Shown here piece after piece: positions 23,769-37,778 of a stretch of DNA of 64,000 nt. Position 1 is the stretch's first letter. Every line of letters starts with the position of its first letter. Under the pieces are notes generated by a model that was not told the DNA's origin, did not search any database, and saw nothing but the letters and a program-made list of their open reading frames with translations. Source of the stretch: Hyphochytrium catenoides (Eukaryota > Protista > Hyphochytriomycota); assembly GCA_900088475.1 (NCBI GenBank), contig FLMG01002918.1, positions 1-64,000 on the forward strand, given 5' to 3'. A program made the translations under genes and the position numbers.

Positions 23769-26700
23769 TCATGTGCTTGGGAGGGAACATCCAGAAAGCG
23801 TCTCATCTCTAACCTCAACCACATGATGCGCGCACCACTGATGGACGTACTGCTCAACGAAAAGAGAGGAGAAGGGCAAGAACGCCTTCATAGTTCCTTC
23901 TTCATGGGTCATCTTGCAAATGAAAGCTCTGGATCCTACCACGACCTCAATATCCGTCTTCTGGAAAAACTGTTGGCTGCGGCTGTAGGCAAAGACGACA
24001 CAAGCCTGGGAAGGACTCCACACCATCTCTCTTATACTCTCTTCTCCCCTGCACGCCACCCGCGAGGGAGCCGGCTGGAGAGTGTGATGTCCATATGGAA
24101 GAAGATGGCAGTTGGAAGCTCTAATAGGAGAGACGGCCAGCTGTATAGGCTGAGAGCTGTGATTGACGATACATATAGCTAGACAGCGTCTTGCACCCTT
24201 GGACTGTGAGCAATTTTGCTCAAAGACAAAGACCAGCTCTCGCATTCGTCTCTTGAAATCGTGTTCACTGGAAGCAGCAGCCAGCAGAGGAGAGAAATGG
24301 CGAGGTATATCGTCCTTGGAAAGCCCAGGAAGAGAAGACAACCCCTCAAACTCCGGATGCGCTTCTGTCCGCCCAGGAGAGCGCTCTACACTTCCAAGAA
24401 GTCCTAATGCAGCGTACCGGAGCGAGGCGAGGTACCCGGTCGCCACAGACGTCAATAAACTCTCCAGAAAGCCTGCCTAAACATTAACCACAGGGAGTCA
24501 GTTGTGAATGTCAGAAATTGCTCAAAAACTCGTATGGACCGGGCGACTAAGGGTTAGCCTCTCTCTCCCTCTTCAGGCATTAGCCTCATATGTTAACCGA
24601 CTCTATTGCCTCTTTGATACCTTTTTAGTCCCCCCATCCCTTTCTCTTTCAGCTTTTAAGGCTGTGTCTGGATACTAGGAGGTACGCGCTTTACACTGAG
24701 GCAAATCACTACCCGTCTGCCAACCATTCGTCTGTTCAAAGTTCTATGTAAAATGTTAAGCCTACCCTTCGCGACAGCTCAAGAGCTGGTAAAGACAGCA
24801 TGGCTCCCTTTATATGAAAGGCTGAGCGGGAGGCGAGGTTGGCGGCCAGGCCTCCTCTCTTTATCACTTCCCTTAGGAGACTTGTCCGGGAGCGTTGGGA
24901 TGGAACGTAGGAGATACTGCATTTTAATGGAGAGAGCCGCAGGCTCTGGATGGAGACTAGGCTCAATGCTAGGCCGTACAGCAATGAAGGGGTTCTGGGC
25001 TCCACATCCAGGTCCTGGCAGGGGTCCGTTTATGGAGAAAACATCGAGAAGGTAAGAGAAAAGACAAAGTTTGGCGAAGAGGGTGCGAGTGGAGGTCGGT
25101 GGGTATAGAGAAAGGAGCAACAGGCAGAAGAGAGACAATAGAAGGATGGTAACAGGAGTACAAAGAGTTTCACCGAGGTAATCAGAAAGCTGCAAGACGC
25201 TGGTGTATGGCAGGATTGAAGTTGCCATAAAGGAAGATAATGGAAGGACGATAAATAAATTCAGCACCTATGACATCAAGCCGTCTATCTCTTTCGATAA
25301 TTTCTCTCTTTGAATGCGTGATCTTACCTTTTGAAGCGACTGCAAGAGCGCTTCAAGCTCCAACGAATGCTTGACGCCAACATAGCGGCGAAAGGTGTTG
25401 ACAATGGTCTCCACAAATTCTTCGTCTATAGAGACAGTGGAAGGGCCAATCGTCCCATGTATGTGGTCGAAAGAAAGAACCTTTCTCTCCTCCGCTCCTT
25501 CTAGTCTACCTTTACCGCGGGGCTGCATACTCTTCTTCGTGGTAGCAATGGGCATCGATTTTGTGGCCCACTGGGCGGAGCACTCGATGAAGTGTGACGG
25601 TGACCCGGATGAGGAAGCTTCTGTTGAGAGGACTTTGGGAAAGATGGCACTTTCTCGGTTATCTCGGAGCGAAAGACTCTGCAGTGAGATCAGGGCCTGT
25701 GATAGGACACAACAGACAGGTCATCCCGAGCCTGAAGAGATCTACAGTGTTCTCTGACTAAGACACAGAAAATAGAGCGTGCCATCTACACAGAAAGGGG
25801 CACGGTTGGACAGGCGAAGGGCGACATTCCACGTACCTTATGAGTATTCTGCCAGAGCCGATAGGAGAGAGAGATATCATCCGCCTAGAGAGGATGGAGG
25901 GGTGGAAAATATTAGAGCAAACCCTCTCTCGTTTGGCCTGTCATCCCTGCACCTAGCCACCCAGCATGTCAACTTCATTGAACGCAGCTGTGGGGCGATC
26001 TGCAACCCCCAAATTGGCTCTCCTCTTCTTAGATACCTATCGTTGTTTGCGGTGTCTGAAAGTCGACGCCATAAGCTTACCTCAAGACTTCCATAAGCGC
26101 GACCTTTCGTGTCGATTACAAGGACGCAAATGGAGTGCAAGGACACTTTTAGATTGAAGTCGAATGGAAAGCCTTGATTGTTGTTGACAGCAGAGAGAAA
26201 TGGTACAAAGCTTGTTGTCCGCTTTTTCTGGGCTGTAGATGCGTCCACCGCTTGGGTCTCCTCTCCTCCCGTCCGGGAGGACACGAATACTCTCATTGCG
26301 CCCGATCTGTCAGCCTTGACCAAAATGTTCACTTTTCTCAGCCTTACCCATTTTCTCCGTCTGGACAGCCCTTCCTTCTCTGCGTGTACGTGCTGCTCTT
26401 CCTCTATTTCTGCAATCATGGTGTAGGACCCTTCCTCATCAAAAGGTACGAAGTCGGACCAGCTCCGGGCTGTTGGCTCCTTTTGGGTGACATCGAAGAT
26501 ACCAAGTATACCGCCAAACTTCATGCCTTCGGTTTGCAGAGCACCAGTTCCAGCACCTTCAGATGGCCGATAGATGGGCTCCCTTGAGTCAGGGCCCACT
26601 TCTATTGGAGATGGCAGAAAGGAGGAGGAGAAAAGCTGCACGCGAACTTTGAAAGCAGTCTCATTGACAAGGAGGTACTTGGGAGATATAGAGAGAAAGC

Positions 26701-29700
26701 AAGTACGCGCCATGTTGCCGACTCCCGGGGAAATTGTCAAAATGGCATGGTAGACTCTGTTCTGGGAAGCATCCACTGCGGTAAGGTTTCTATAGGCAGA
26801 AAATGTGATGTCTTAATTCGTGCAAGGGATAATGAGAAAGTATGCTCTAGAGGTCGACGAAGGATGCACGCGACCCTCACCAGGACCAGATAATGAGCGA
26901 AGGAAACAGCTGAGAGGTGGTCTGCCATTAAGAGAGCAATATGACCTGGCAGGATTATAAGTTTGGGCCTACCTTGTGACAAATGCCTCTTTGGAAGGAA
27001 TACTGAGAACGGCTTGTGCTTCAGCCAGCTTGAGGGTGACGGGCTGGTCCCGTGGGAGTGATAAGAGATTAACTACATCCGGAAGCGCCAGGGGAGCCTT
27101 TTGTTGGGAAGTTTTAGAGCTTTGGGGATCGCTTTTGTTTGGGATCATGTCCATACCTTTGGCGCCATATATGACAAGGGTAGACGAGTAAAGTTCATGC
27201 ACCAGCTCTCTGCATAAACAAGTACAAAAACAGAGTCCTCACATTCTCCATACACTGGAGAGTCGAACGAGGTTGTGAACTCTAACTTCAAGGTGAGCGA
27301 ACCCAACCTAAAAAGAAGAGTAAACGCAGTTGATAGGGGCCAGCGTAGTGGAGAAGCAGACTATTTAGTGAAGAGCGGGGATACCCATCTCCCGAAGTGA
27401 GCGACAGTAAGAAGACTCCAAGGTTATTTCAGAAGGAGTCCTTCAATGGGTAATGGTGTAACTCGCTTACTTTGTGATGACAGGAAGATCCATGGTCTTC
27501 TCCTCTTGTGAACATGGCAGGTCGACAGCGCTGGTCCATTTATCATCAAAGAGGGAGAATTGGAGGGAGACTGAAGAGGACATCGTAGACACGCTTTCCA
27601 GCACCTGCCATGTTGGCAACGGTATCTCCCCGCCCGGCAGGAGAGGAAAGGAGCGTGGGGTCCCTGGGAAGTTTAAAAGGTTTTGTGGCAGAGAGATGAA
27701 AGACATGTTTGTTTGAGACCAGGAAAACACGAGGAAGCCATAGACCAACGGGGGTGAGCGGCAAAAGTTAGAGCAATAAGGTGACTAACGGGAAGAGACC
27801 TAAGAAGTAAGCTCACCGGCACTCTTCTCCTTAATCCTGAACCGTATCGAAGTGGGAAGCAAGCTACATAGGATGGTGCATGGCGACAGAGTAACTAGAA
27901 CTCGTCCATTTTCCCCCATCGCCCTAACTTTGAAGAGATATGGAGGACGCTCCACTGCATGACATTCAATTGTGTTTACAGCGCGGATATCTCGGTTGGA
28001 GGAGATTGGCAGGCCAGTGGACCAAGAGTACTTGTCTGCTTCGTCAGTACGGCTGAGGGTACTTGTCCGCTCCCAAAGAGAGGACGCAGGGCATGGTCGC
28101 AGGCGCAGCTCCTCTGCCGCGGTGTAACCTATAGGAAGATTATACTCCGAATGGGCCTTGTTTCGTCCGATCGTGATAACCTCATCTTTCCGTTGGCTCA
28201 TAACGCCAACCTGGGTATGCGTCAGTATATAGCACGGGAGTAGGTAATAAGGACTGGAGAGACAATGGTCTATCAAGGCGATTAAAGAGCATCTAGCCAT
28301 GCAGCAGCAGCAGGAGAAGCAACGCATGCCTCGATTGTAGCCGACAGACTGACCGAATAGCTTTCTTGACAAACAAGAGACTATTATAAAGCATGCCTTC
28401 GGTGTTTCCACCTACCTCAAAGTCAGTTCCCGTGAGATTCTTCACTCTAACTCTCGAACACAGGGCCAACTGGTACCGTGCAGCACACAACCCCGACTCT
28501 ATATACAGAGCAACAGGCGAATGACACGATAGATTGAGACAGACGGCAGGACTACTGGAAGAGCAAGGCCTTAGGTGGTACTTCTGCGGCTCACGTTCTC
28601 CTATAAATGGACAAATTGACGCTTTCTCAAAGCCGGACAGGCTAACAGTTATAGAGATTTTGCCCTTCTCTCGCACGTCACGCGAAGCTTTCATTGTCTT
28701 CTCTCCATCCTCCTCACTCTTGTGGACGCACTGCAGCTGTCTTGGTAGAGGCACTTGCAAAGTGCCACTTACTGGGAGATGGCACCTGAGCTCTTCATAC
28801 TCGTCCAGTGTAATATCTAACGACTCTCCGCAGTTATTGACAAGTTGGAGGCTGCCATGCACGCTTCCTTGGCACTTGCGTTCCTTCCCATTGATGATGG
28901 CCTGACAAGTCTCCCAGCTTTGTACTAGTGTCTGCACCATATCCTCAGAGAGACAAGCCATCAGGGGAGATGAGACCTACAAAAAAGGGAGAAGGCGAGC
29001 GAATCTTAGTTGATGGCACAGCAGGAGACAGATATCACGAGTGACAGGCCGTTCTATCCTGTACTAGCCTTAGTGTGACAATTCAAACAAACCTAGGCGG
29101 ACGGGTAGATGGCAAAGCAACGTCTTAACTCTTGGAGGACGTCTCACTCTCGCTTCTTCTCCCTCCTTCTTTCCCCTAAGAAGCATAGTCTCTATCCTCG
29201 CGAATGTGAACGCATGTGCCTCCTACGGAGCCTTACCTCCACGTTAAGGTTTCCTAGGTTCATGTTCAGCTTTTTTTTGTTGGGATCGCCAGCATTTGTA
29301 CCTCTCTTATAAGCGTCGGACGTTGCTAAGGCAGAGGAGAGGGCAATACCATGGAACGTGTACGTTATGCAGCAGTGCACAGGTTGGAGCAGAGAGTCCC
29401 AAGAGAAAGAGAAGGGGTTATAATAAAGACATGAAAGGGAGATATCCAACCGATAGTCGAAGGAAGAAAGGGCAGAAGAGGGAGTGTGTGACTCTAACGA
29501 TCCCAGCGACACCGAAGGAGAGCTGCCAGTGGTGGGGGAGGGACCCTTGGGCACACGGATCCGGACGATGGCAGCTGGGATCTCAAAGGAGATGAGAGGA
29601 AGATTTCTTCCGTCCCAGTCATTTCTGACGTTCAGTCGTAGCCTTTCTACGCTTGTTAGGCTTTCGAAGCTGTGAAGCGCGTATGATAGATCTTTGAGGA

Positions 29701-32700
29701 CATTTTGAAAGTCTCCATTGAGGCTTTCCAGAAACCTTCTCAACGCAGGAAAGAAGCCCCCTTGTCCGCTCCGCTCTGCTTTCAAGGTTTGCTGTCTCCT
29801 GAAACGCATACGCAGAGGTCGAGGAAGCGCCTTACAAACAGCAAGTACATCCTCGACACCAAGACCTTCAGCCTCATTGCCTTCAATTTGTATCAGCTGA
29901 TCCCCATCCATTATGCCTAATAAGGCCGCTTGGCCGTCGGCCTTGACCGAATCTATAAAAATGCCCTGCAATGCGAGGGCCGTTAGCAGACTGGACAGGA
30001 CAAATTGGATAATGTCCAGGCATATTAATCGCTCTTTCTCGTTGAACTTTTACTCGACTACACGGTCTCCCAACAGCGTTCTCTCTGCCCAGACTGTCAT
30101 CCTCTTAGCTTACGTGCCTTCACTCCTCTGAAGGCATTGATCCGCTAATACCCCTGATCTAACGGTGTTTCTTACCCGTTGCTTTCTTGTAATCACTATG
30201 CCCAACGGTCCTTCTTGGAAAGAAGAGTCAAAGACCATCGTCTGCCCCTCTAGTGGTTCTCCAGACGTTGGGTGGCTTATGAAGGATCGGAGGGCAGAGA
30301 GGCGTCCTAGAGGGACCAGCGCTCCAGAGAATATTGATGAGAAGATCGTAACGTTAGAGAGCCCTAGGTCAAGATCAATGGCGCTGATATTGGACGAAAA
30401 AGAGAGGAAAACCGGACTCATCGGTTGTCTACCCCTTTCTTGGTTGTGCGTCTCTCCTGACTGAGCCATGGCCGTCCTAGCGGTCAACACACCATTCAGC
30501 TTCACGGGAGCTCTCAGAATAGGAACATTTAGCCCATTCTGGACGTGAAAGATGATCTGCCTTTGAGTATCCGCTCTCCTATCACTGCCAGAAGCTTTGC
30601 ATGTCGTCTGACCCAATGACTCTGCATAGCCTCTTCGTGCTGTCGAACTCGTGTTCTCATCAAGCCGGACCACGCCTATCCTGTCCACAATAGCCTTTCC
30701 TACCAGGACCTTCGTCTCACCCTCCAGCGCAATAGCGTCCCACATCGTAGAGATATGCAGTTGCCCGCTGCCTTTCCCATGAGCAAAGAGATACTCCGAA
30801 GCAGAAGCGGGGAGAACTATCCAGGTAGAACCAACATGGAGCTAATGCAACAGCTAGTTAGACAGGTGGCATATGGACACAGACTTTTCCCCTCAAGGAT
30901 ACCTTAGAGGACGGCAGCACATGGAACGTAAAGAGCGTACAACTTCTGCCCACGAAAAAGCTAGCAGAGGAGATCAAGAAATTTGACAGAAGGACAGCAA
31001 GATTCACTTCACCTCCATGTCCAAGTTTATATTCACTGCTTCAATCCATGCTGGAGACTTCCTAAAGTCTTCCGTCTCTTCCACTTTGGGCAGCTCGTTT
31101 GTTGCCATGTCCGTGCCACTGTCCGAGTCTAATGCCAGAAGCTTCTTAGCCACATAATCTACCGCCATAACGGTCCTATCTAAGCTCTGCCAGTCGCAAT
31201 AGAGAAAAATAATCTCCTCAGTTGCGCTCTCTTTCGTTCGGGCATCTGTCACCATCTGTTTCTGATAATGATAGTGAGCAGCCTTTAGCGTCTGCTCCTC
31301 GCAAATTCTAAACTTGACGAATGTGCGATGTTGCTCGAGGCCCAGATGGAGCGCGACGCGGGAACCCATGCGCATTGGGTCACACTGATTTGAAAGATGT
31401 CCAATAGAGAGTAGCTGGGCGCCGTTGATGCCGTCCACAATCTTTACGCTCTCGAGGAGGAAGTCCAAAGTGAAAGACTTTAGCTTTCTGTTAGCCTGAG
31501 CCTCAAGAGATCTCACCTCGACCCAAAAATTGAACTTCTCGACGTCATCTTCTTTGCTTCCTCCCTCTACGGCCACCACAAGGAGAGGGATCGTAACGGA
31601 GCAAGAGAGGGGCATTCTTCCTCCCTTGAAATTTGGTGCCGTACTCTCACCAGGAAATAATGCCCAATACTGGCTATAAAGAGAGGGAAGGACGTGGAGA
31701 AGATGAGATAGGGTATCAGGAGTGAGCTTGAGTTCAACTTTCTCAGCTTGAATCGAAACGGCAAGCGAAGGATCAGCAATCGTCTGAAGCCTCAGCTCTC
31801 TCTTGACCACTTCTAAAGATGGTTGGATCTGGACACGGAGGGTAAGAGGATTCAAAAATATGCTCCTCTTCTCCCGCCCTCTGCCCACTTTGACGTCGAA
31901 ATCTCGAACAAGGCCTTCAAGAGCAATGGAATTTTCTCTGGCAGCAGAGGCAGCCGTGGCCAAACTAGAAGGCATGTTCGGCCGCAGATCCAACTCCTTC
32001 ACGGACAGAAGAATCCAAGCGAAGGAGGTCGAGGCTGAGGAGGTTGCTTCGCCTCTTCCAGTGTCGACTTTGAGCTGTAGCCTTGCTAGTGTTAGGGACA
32101 CGTGATCAGGGACCAAGAATGAGGAGCCTTGGGGAGGCCGTTGGGAGAGCGAGGGGGGAAGCTGAAGGAGAGACAAAATAGTAAGGACCTGCGTGGCTTC
32201 ACTTATAGATATAGTGCATTGCAACCCACGGACTTGTCCTCTAATCTCGTCCACTCTTGACTCCATCGGCCTTTCGGAGACGCTCTTTCGACGAATCTGA
32301 AGCTGCACAAACTGGCTCTTCCTCTCTTTCTGCAACGTTCGTCGTCCCGCTTCCCCTCCAATGCAGACCACTGAGAAGTCTCTCGCCTCTACTTCCTGCC
32401 TCCAAGTATAGTCGAGACAGTTCATTGAGAGTGTAGAGATACTGAACACTAAGGATGCACTTTGTAGAAGTTCACCGTCTACACAGGCCAGTCTTCCAAG
32501 AAGGCTAGCCGCGCTGGTGATTTGGATTGTACACAAGCTTCCTTCTTGCTCATGTTTGATCATCTCTTGCTCATGTGTGACCACGAGTCCCTGACAGAGG
32601 AGAATAAAATCTTGGTTTTGTTGCAGTGAGTGGTCATCTTTCTTCCTTTCCCTCGTTCTGCCTGGAATGATCGCTGCAAATTGCCCCACGTTCAAAGTGA

Positions 32701-35700
32701 CCGTCCAACTATCCGCTGGAAGCTCATCAGCCTCGCTCTTCCTAATAGATTCCACTAAGGGCGAGAGCTGGTGGGTAAGAGTAACAAACAGAATTAAGGT
32801 CCAAGGACGAATGATGAGGGCGATCCTGTTGATATGGACAGAGATGCCATACGAAGTTCTCCTTTCCTTTGCGATCAACTCTCTTTCTTGCTCCCTCTGT
32901 CTACCCGCCATGGAGATACTGATCCCTATGCCTTCTGTGGGCTTCGAACTTTCAAGTGCGAAGACTTCTTCCACTTTTGTTGCGTGGAGGAAAGAACAGA
33001 GATGGCAGGCTAAGGCTGATAGCTGAATCTTCGTTAAGCTTTCTTCTCCATCAAAACACGTTGTTGATAGGGAAAAGCCCCTAAGGGAGACCCTTAGGAA
33101 GGGCGAAGCGAGACTGTTGGACGGAAGGAAGGGAGCTAGATCCGAGAGGTCCAGAGGCACAGATACTGTTGCCGCGGATAAATGGATGGAGAGCTCCAGA
33201 GTGGTTTGACGTTCTTGTGAGGGGATGTGATACGGTTTGTCTTTGCTCATTTTCTCGCCAAATGAAAGCGAAGAGAATAGTAAGATAAGGTTCTGGAGCT
33301 TCTGCATCTCAGCTGGAAGATTGAGGATTGCTTCTTCTCCTCTGTCAGTTGCTACAGAGATCCGATGCCGGGTGAACGCCCCCATCGCTGCCACGTCAAC
33401 GTCTAGGTGGAGATGTGAGAGGAGAAGGAGCGGAGAGGAAGGAAGTCCAGACGGAGAGTGAAGTGCCGACTGTTTAAGCTCCAGACGCCGAACTTCAAAC
33501 GAAAATCTGTCTGCGGCATTGTCTAGGCTCTCATAGCACTGTTCATGTCCGCACTCCTCTTCGGCAACCTCTTGCGGTAGCCACCAGCGCTGAATAAAGG
33601 ACATCCCAAGCTCCACCTCTCCGAGAGCAAGGTCTATCCCCCCATTCCTTATCTGCTCCTGCGTCGTTTGCTTTGGGCTCTTTCTACTCCTATCATCTCT
33701 ATGATAGTTCTGCGTGACGATTGAAGAGAGCGAGCCAAGATATTGAACTTCTATTCCCTTCCCTATGAGTCTCAAGGAGAAGTGTCTCTTCACCCGGGAT
33801 GGTAGATACAGCTTGCGGTTCTTTGGGAGCCGTCCTGCTCTGGTTATGTCCTCCTTGGTAACCTCTACCCACGCAGGGATGCGAAGGAACGCTATCAGAA
33901 GCTGGAGAAGAGGCGGCGAGAGTATGATCACTACGTCGTTCACCTCAACCATGAGCGAGGTTACGGATTGATCTCTAAAATTTCGCCGGTTGTGAAGGCT
34001 CAAGAAGACTGACCCCGGACCCTCAGGGAGGACTGCTCCTTCTTTTCCAGTGACGTTGCTGCATTTCTTACCGCATACTAAAGGAGAGCTGGACGGAGAG
34101 GAAGGGAAGAGAGAACGGCAGTTCTTCGCTGCCCGGATAAGAATCGAGTCGAGGTTGATATCCACCGCCAAGGATTTATCCATGTACGATCGAACAAGAG
34201 CACCTCCAGCGAATGTGAGCGTCAAAAATCGACCAACGTCTTCGCCACCGATCGTTGCTGCACGTCCGCCGGTGGGAGTATGTACAAGATTGAACGTCCC
34301 AGCAAGGACTTGAATTCCCACCTGCACGCTGAGAAGGGCAACTTGTGACTGCCCAGAGGTGTTGTTTGCTTGGCCGTGTTCATCGTAGACATCTACACGT
34401 GGAATCAAGTCTGTCTGAATACACTGGAAGGTCGTATCCAGCTCGCCTAACTCTGTCTGGGCAAAGAGAAGCTCTTCCCAATCCTCGTCTTCCTCCCACG
34501 GCTTGTCTCCTATCTCACCCTCACCCTCGGATCCATCACCGCCTTCGTTGATATCGATGAGGATAAGAGCTTCATCCTCTTCCTCGTCCTCCATCATCCT
34601 TAAATTAGGGGATGGGATAGAGATACGGCTGGAATCCTGCCCACTTGCCCCCTCACTCCCGAGAGGCTTGGAAAGACGGCATTGAGGACACTTCTCCAGG
34701 CCTTCCTCTTCTTTTGACGACGAATTTCCTCTCCCATTCTCGTCTCATGCCTATCCTCTTCTCCAGTCGCTTCCTTCGATCGAAGCTCTAAGACCTCAGA
34801 AATGACGATAGAACGCAGGTGGAGGACATCCGAGACAGAAAGATCGTCTTCCAATGCAATCAACTTATCTTCCAGCAAAGCTTGAATCACTTCCGCTTCA
34901 TTGTAGGCTCCAGGCGGGTGTTGATAAGCCTGCACAGCGGCCCTATCTCTGTCGATGGCCTGTCCGGAAAAGCCTTCCCTATCTCCCTCTTTCTGATGCT
35001 GCTTTAGAAGCACGTAGCGCTTATATGTAGAGAGATACCTAGTCCTGAGCAGCAAACTCTCAACCACCTTCTTCCACTCTTCCTTCCTCTTCTTCCTGGT
35101 GTTCTTGACCTGCAGAAGAACGCAACGAAAGGCATACTGCCACCATTCCCGAATTGTGTCGCTCTTTCCCGCCGCCCTGGTGTCTCTGGGCCGGTATTTG
35201 CGCACAGCAGAGTACATCTCTGCTCTCAAGACCGCACGCCATAAGAAGGTCAAATCCACCAGCTGCTCATGGGAAAGGGATAGGCGCACCTAAGCCGAAG
35301 ACACACGGAAAGGGTAAGTAATAACGTCCAGCGAGCCGCGAACACACAGCCTGGTCGTAGCAATCTCAGGTACAAGAATTAGAGTATCGATATTGTAGAC
35401 TAGTGAAAACGATGCAAAAGAAACCCCAGTCAAGTGGAAAGAGAGCACAAAGAGTGTGGCCACATAGGGAGACAGCAAGGATAGAGTAAAGCACGGTATA
35501 AATTGGCGCTCATTGATAAGTGAGAAGACTATTAACTCAGTACGAATAGCAACGGTTCTCGATCCGCGTTTTCCACTACCTCTTGCAGAAGTATCTGGAG
35601 TTGCGTTCCAGGCATATCTGGATCCGTAGGAGTGTTGGATGTGATGCGTGCTTCAATGTCAAGCTCCTCCAGAAGAAGTTGATGGGATGACTACCGGGTA

Positions 35701-37255
35701 GAACAACGGGAGAGAGTCAGACAGAGTTGGAGAATATACGTAAGTTACAGCTATATAGCGCAAAACGCAAAGAACAAGCTGTAACAAAGCGAGATATTAA
35801 GCGGAGTCAGATTAAAGAGAGGAGCTCGCTCTCTGCTGTTGAGCCAGGCTAAACAATCTTACTTTGAGCTGGGAGAAGTCGGATTGCATTGCCGCATTCG
35901 CAGCAGAAGCAGATAGAGAGGATAGCCGCTCTTCAGTGCCATCCCAATATACCTAAATATGAATCAGTTAGAACAAAATATACGGCCAATTATCTACCTT
36001 GAACCCTTGATAAGATGGAGAGCCTAGGCGTACGGAGGGCAATGGGAACGTGGAGGGGGAAGCTGTAGATGGCAATGCTGGTCCGGGTCATGTCTTGCAA
36101 AGTTGCCTGCAGCCCTACCTTTAGCCTCTTAACCTCCGCTTTCCTGTGGGTGCACGTAGTCCTTCTCTTCTCCTCTTGTCTGACAAAAGAGCGGGCTCCT
36201 GTCGCGTCAGTCGTCCAAAGTCGAAACTCTCTCATCACCACGCCCACAGCGAAGGGCCGGACGGAGGAGCTGCCATCCTCGTACCGCAAATGAATGTTGG
36301 ACACGGTAACCTGAGTCGAAGACAGTGTAAGCAGATGCCCGAGGAAGCGTGAGTTCGATAGCTCAACAGTGAACAAGGCTGATACGAGATACATGTCACC
36401 AGTAGACAGAGGCAAAAGGGGACGAAGCTGCTCGTCGATGGACAAAGAACTGAAGTCTTACTTCAATATTCTCTAGAATGGCCGCGAGGAGTTTATCAAT
36501 GTAAGGTATCCCAGTCGTCTGACTCCGCGCTGCGCTTGCGGTGCCTGTCAATGGAGATGCTAGTTAGTTGGCTAGTTCCCCTCCTTTCCACCCATTACCG
36601 CGGCTTAGTGAGTGCTCATTCTCCTATGTCTATATATCTCCTTTTCGCTGGTCTGGTTCTGTCCTGTCGAGTACTCTCTCTCATCCCCACAGCGCTCCTC
36701 ACTAGCACTCTTCGCTTCTTCTTTACCAGCTGCTCCTGGGATGCGTAAGGCCATTGAAGCCAGTCGTATGGCTGTTTGCTTCGCTGCACGCTTCTGTCTT
36801 TGATACTAAAGAATTAGCTCTTAGGCACCAGGCATAACCACGAAGGCAGCTTAAGAGTGCAGAGTTAAATTCTTCTACCTCATCCTCGTTCCAGTCCGCC
36901 GCAGAGAGAGGCCCGGAAAGAATGCAGAGTCCGTCTAAAGCCACCCTTACTGGCTCACTACACATCATGCAATGAGCAAGATAATTTTTCTTGGAGCAGT
37001 CGAGAGCTCAACTTACCTTGTTAAATTCGCCCACGGAATATGGACCCGTACCGAGTGCAGACGACCGCATAGGATTCGGAAAGGCAAGTGGAGGTCTTCC
37101 AACGCCTGCGCCTTCAGACGAAGGTCATTGGCCCGGATGTTGCCACTCCAGAGTCCGACTCTGAGGGTCTTGGCATTTAGACCTTCAACATAGGCTCCGA
37201 GATACTCCTGCAAGACGCCCAGAAGGAGCTTCTTGAGGATGTTGTACGGCACCAT
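23769..37255 (-). CDS. VPS13: VPS13-family bridge-like lipid transfer protein (Chorein-N, RBG repeats, internal PDZ, VAB/SHR-BD-like region, C-terminal region); multi-exon
   Basis: Chorein-N start MVPYNILKKLLLGVLQEYLGAYVEGLNAKTLRVGLWSGNI..LKAQALEDLHLPF..HIPWANL. Also IDKLLAAILENIE|VTVSNIHLRYED and IREWWQYAFRCVL. 1197-aa beta-rich exon. VAB-like VTLSPCTILCSLLPTSIRFR and ISPKYLLVNET. Last exon stops at 23769. Confidence 0.92.
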
Positions 37256-37778
37256 GCTGTCCTCCCGTCAAGGCACTTCATCGGAGGACCATCCTTGAGG
37301 TGCTGGGTTTGGCCATCACCTCCGTCCTTCGCAGGTCCTCTATACGCCTCATGATCCCTTGAACCCAGACATAGCCTATGGCTGGTTTGCTTGAGCCTCA
37401 CAAGCTCCTCGCGCCGGCTAAGCTCCGCAGGCGCGCTATATTCACTGACCTCTGACCACCCGACAGAGATTTGCTTGTCATCCTCAGCGTCCGAAGATCC
37501 TCCAACAAGAGATTGCACGAAGCTCTTCGTTCCTTCCCTTCGGAACACTGCAAATTTCGCAACTGATGGAAGTCTTCACACGGTAATTTGTCAAGTTAAA
37601 TTAGGATTGGGAACCAGGTTCATACAGATTCCAAGCAAAATGAAGTCGGAAGAATTGAATTCAGAATATCGATTGAGTCTATGAGGAATGCGTTTGACGG
37701 ATTTCGTTTAGTTTTTATCTTATTGTCAATTTTGGGAGCTGGGAGAGGCAGAATCGGCTTTGATGAGACGAAACAACT

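Noticed and set aside
23094-23790. Short minus-strand ORFs downstream of the VPS13 stop
   Set aside because: No motif or convincing splice chain; likely 3' UTR or intergenic.
33520-33570. FFAT-like motif (EEECGHEQCYESLD) in VPS13
   Set aside because: It lacks the key aromatic residue at core position 2; too weak to call.
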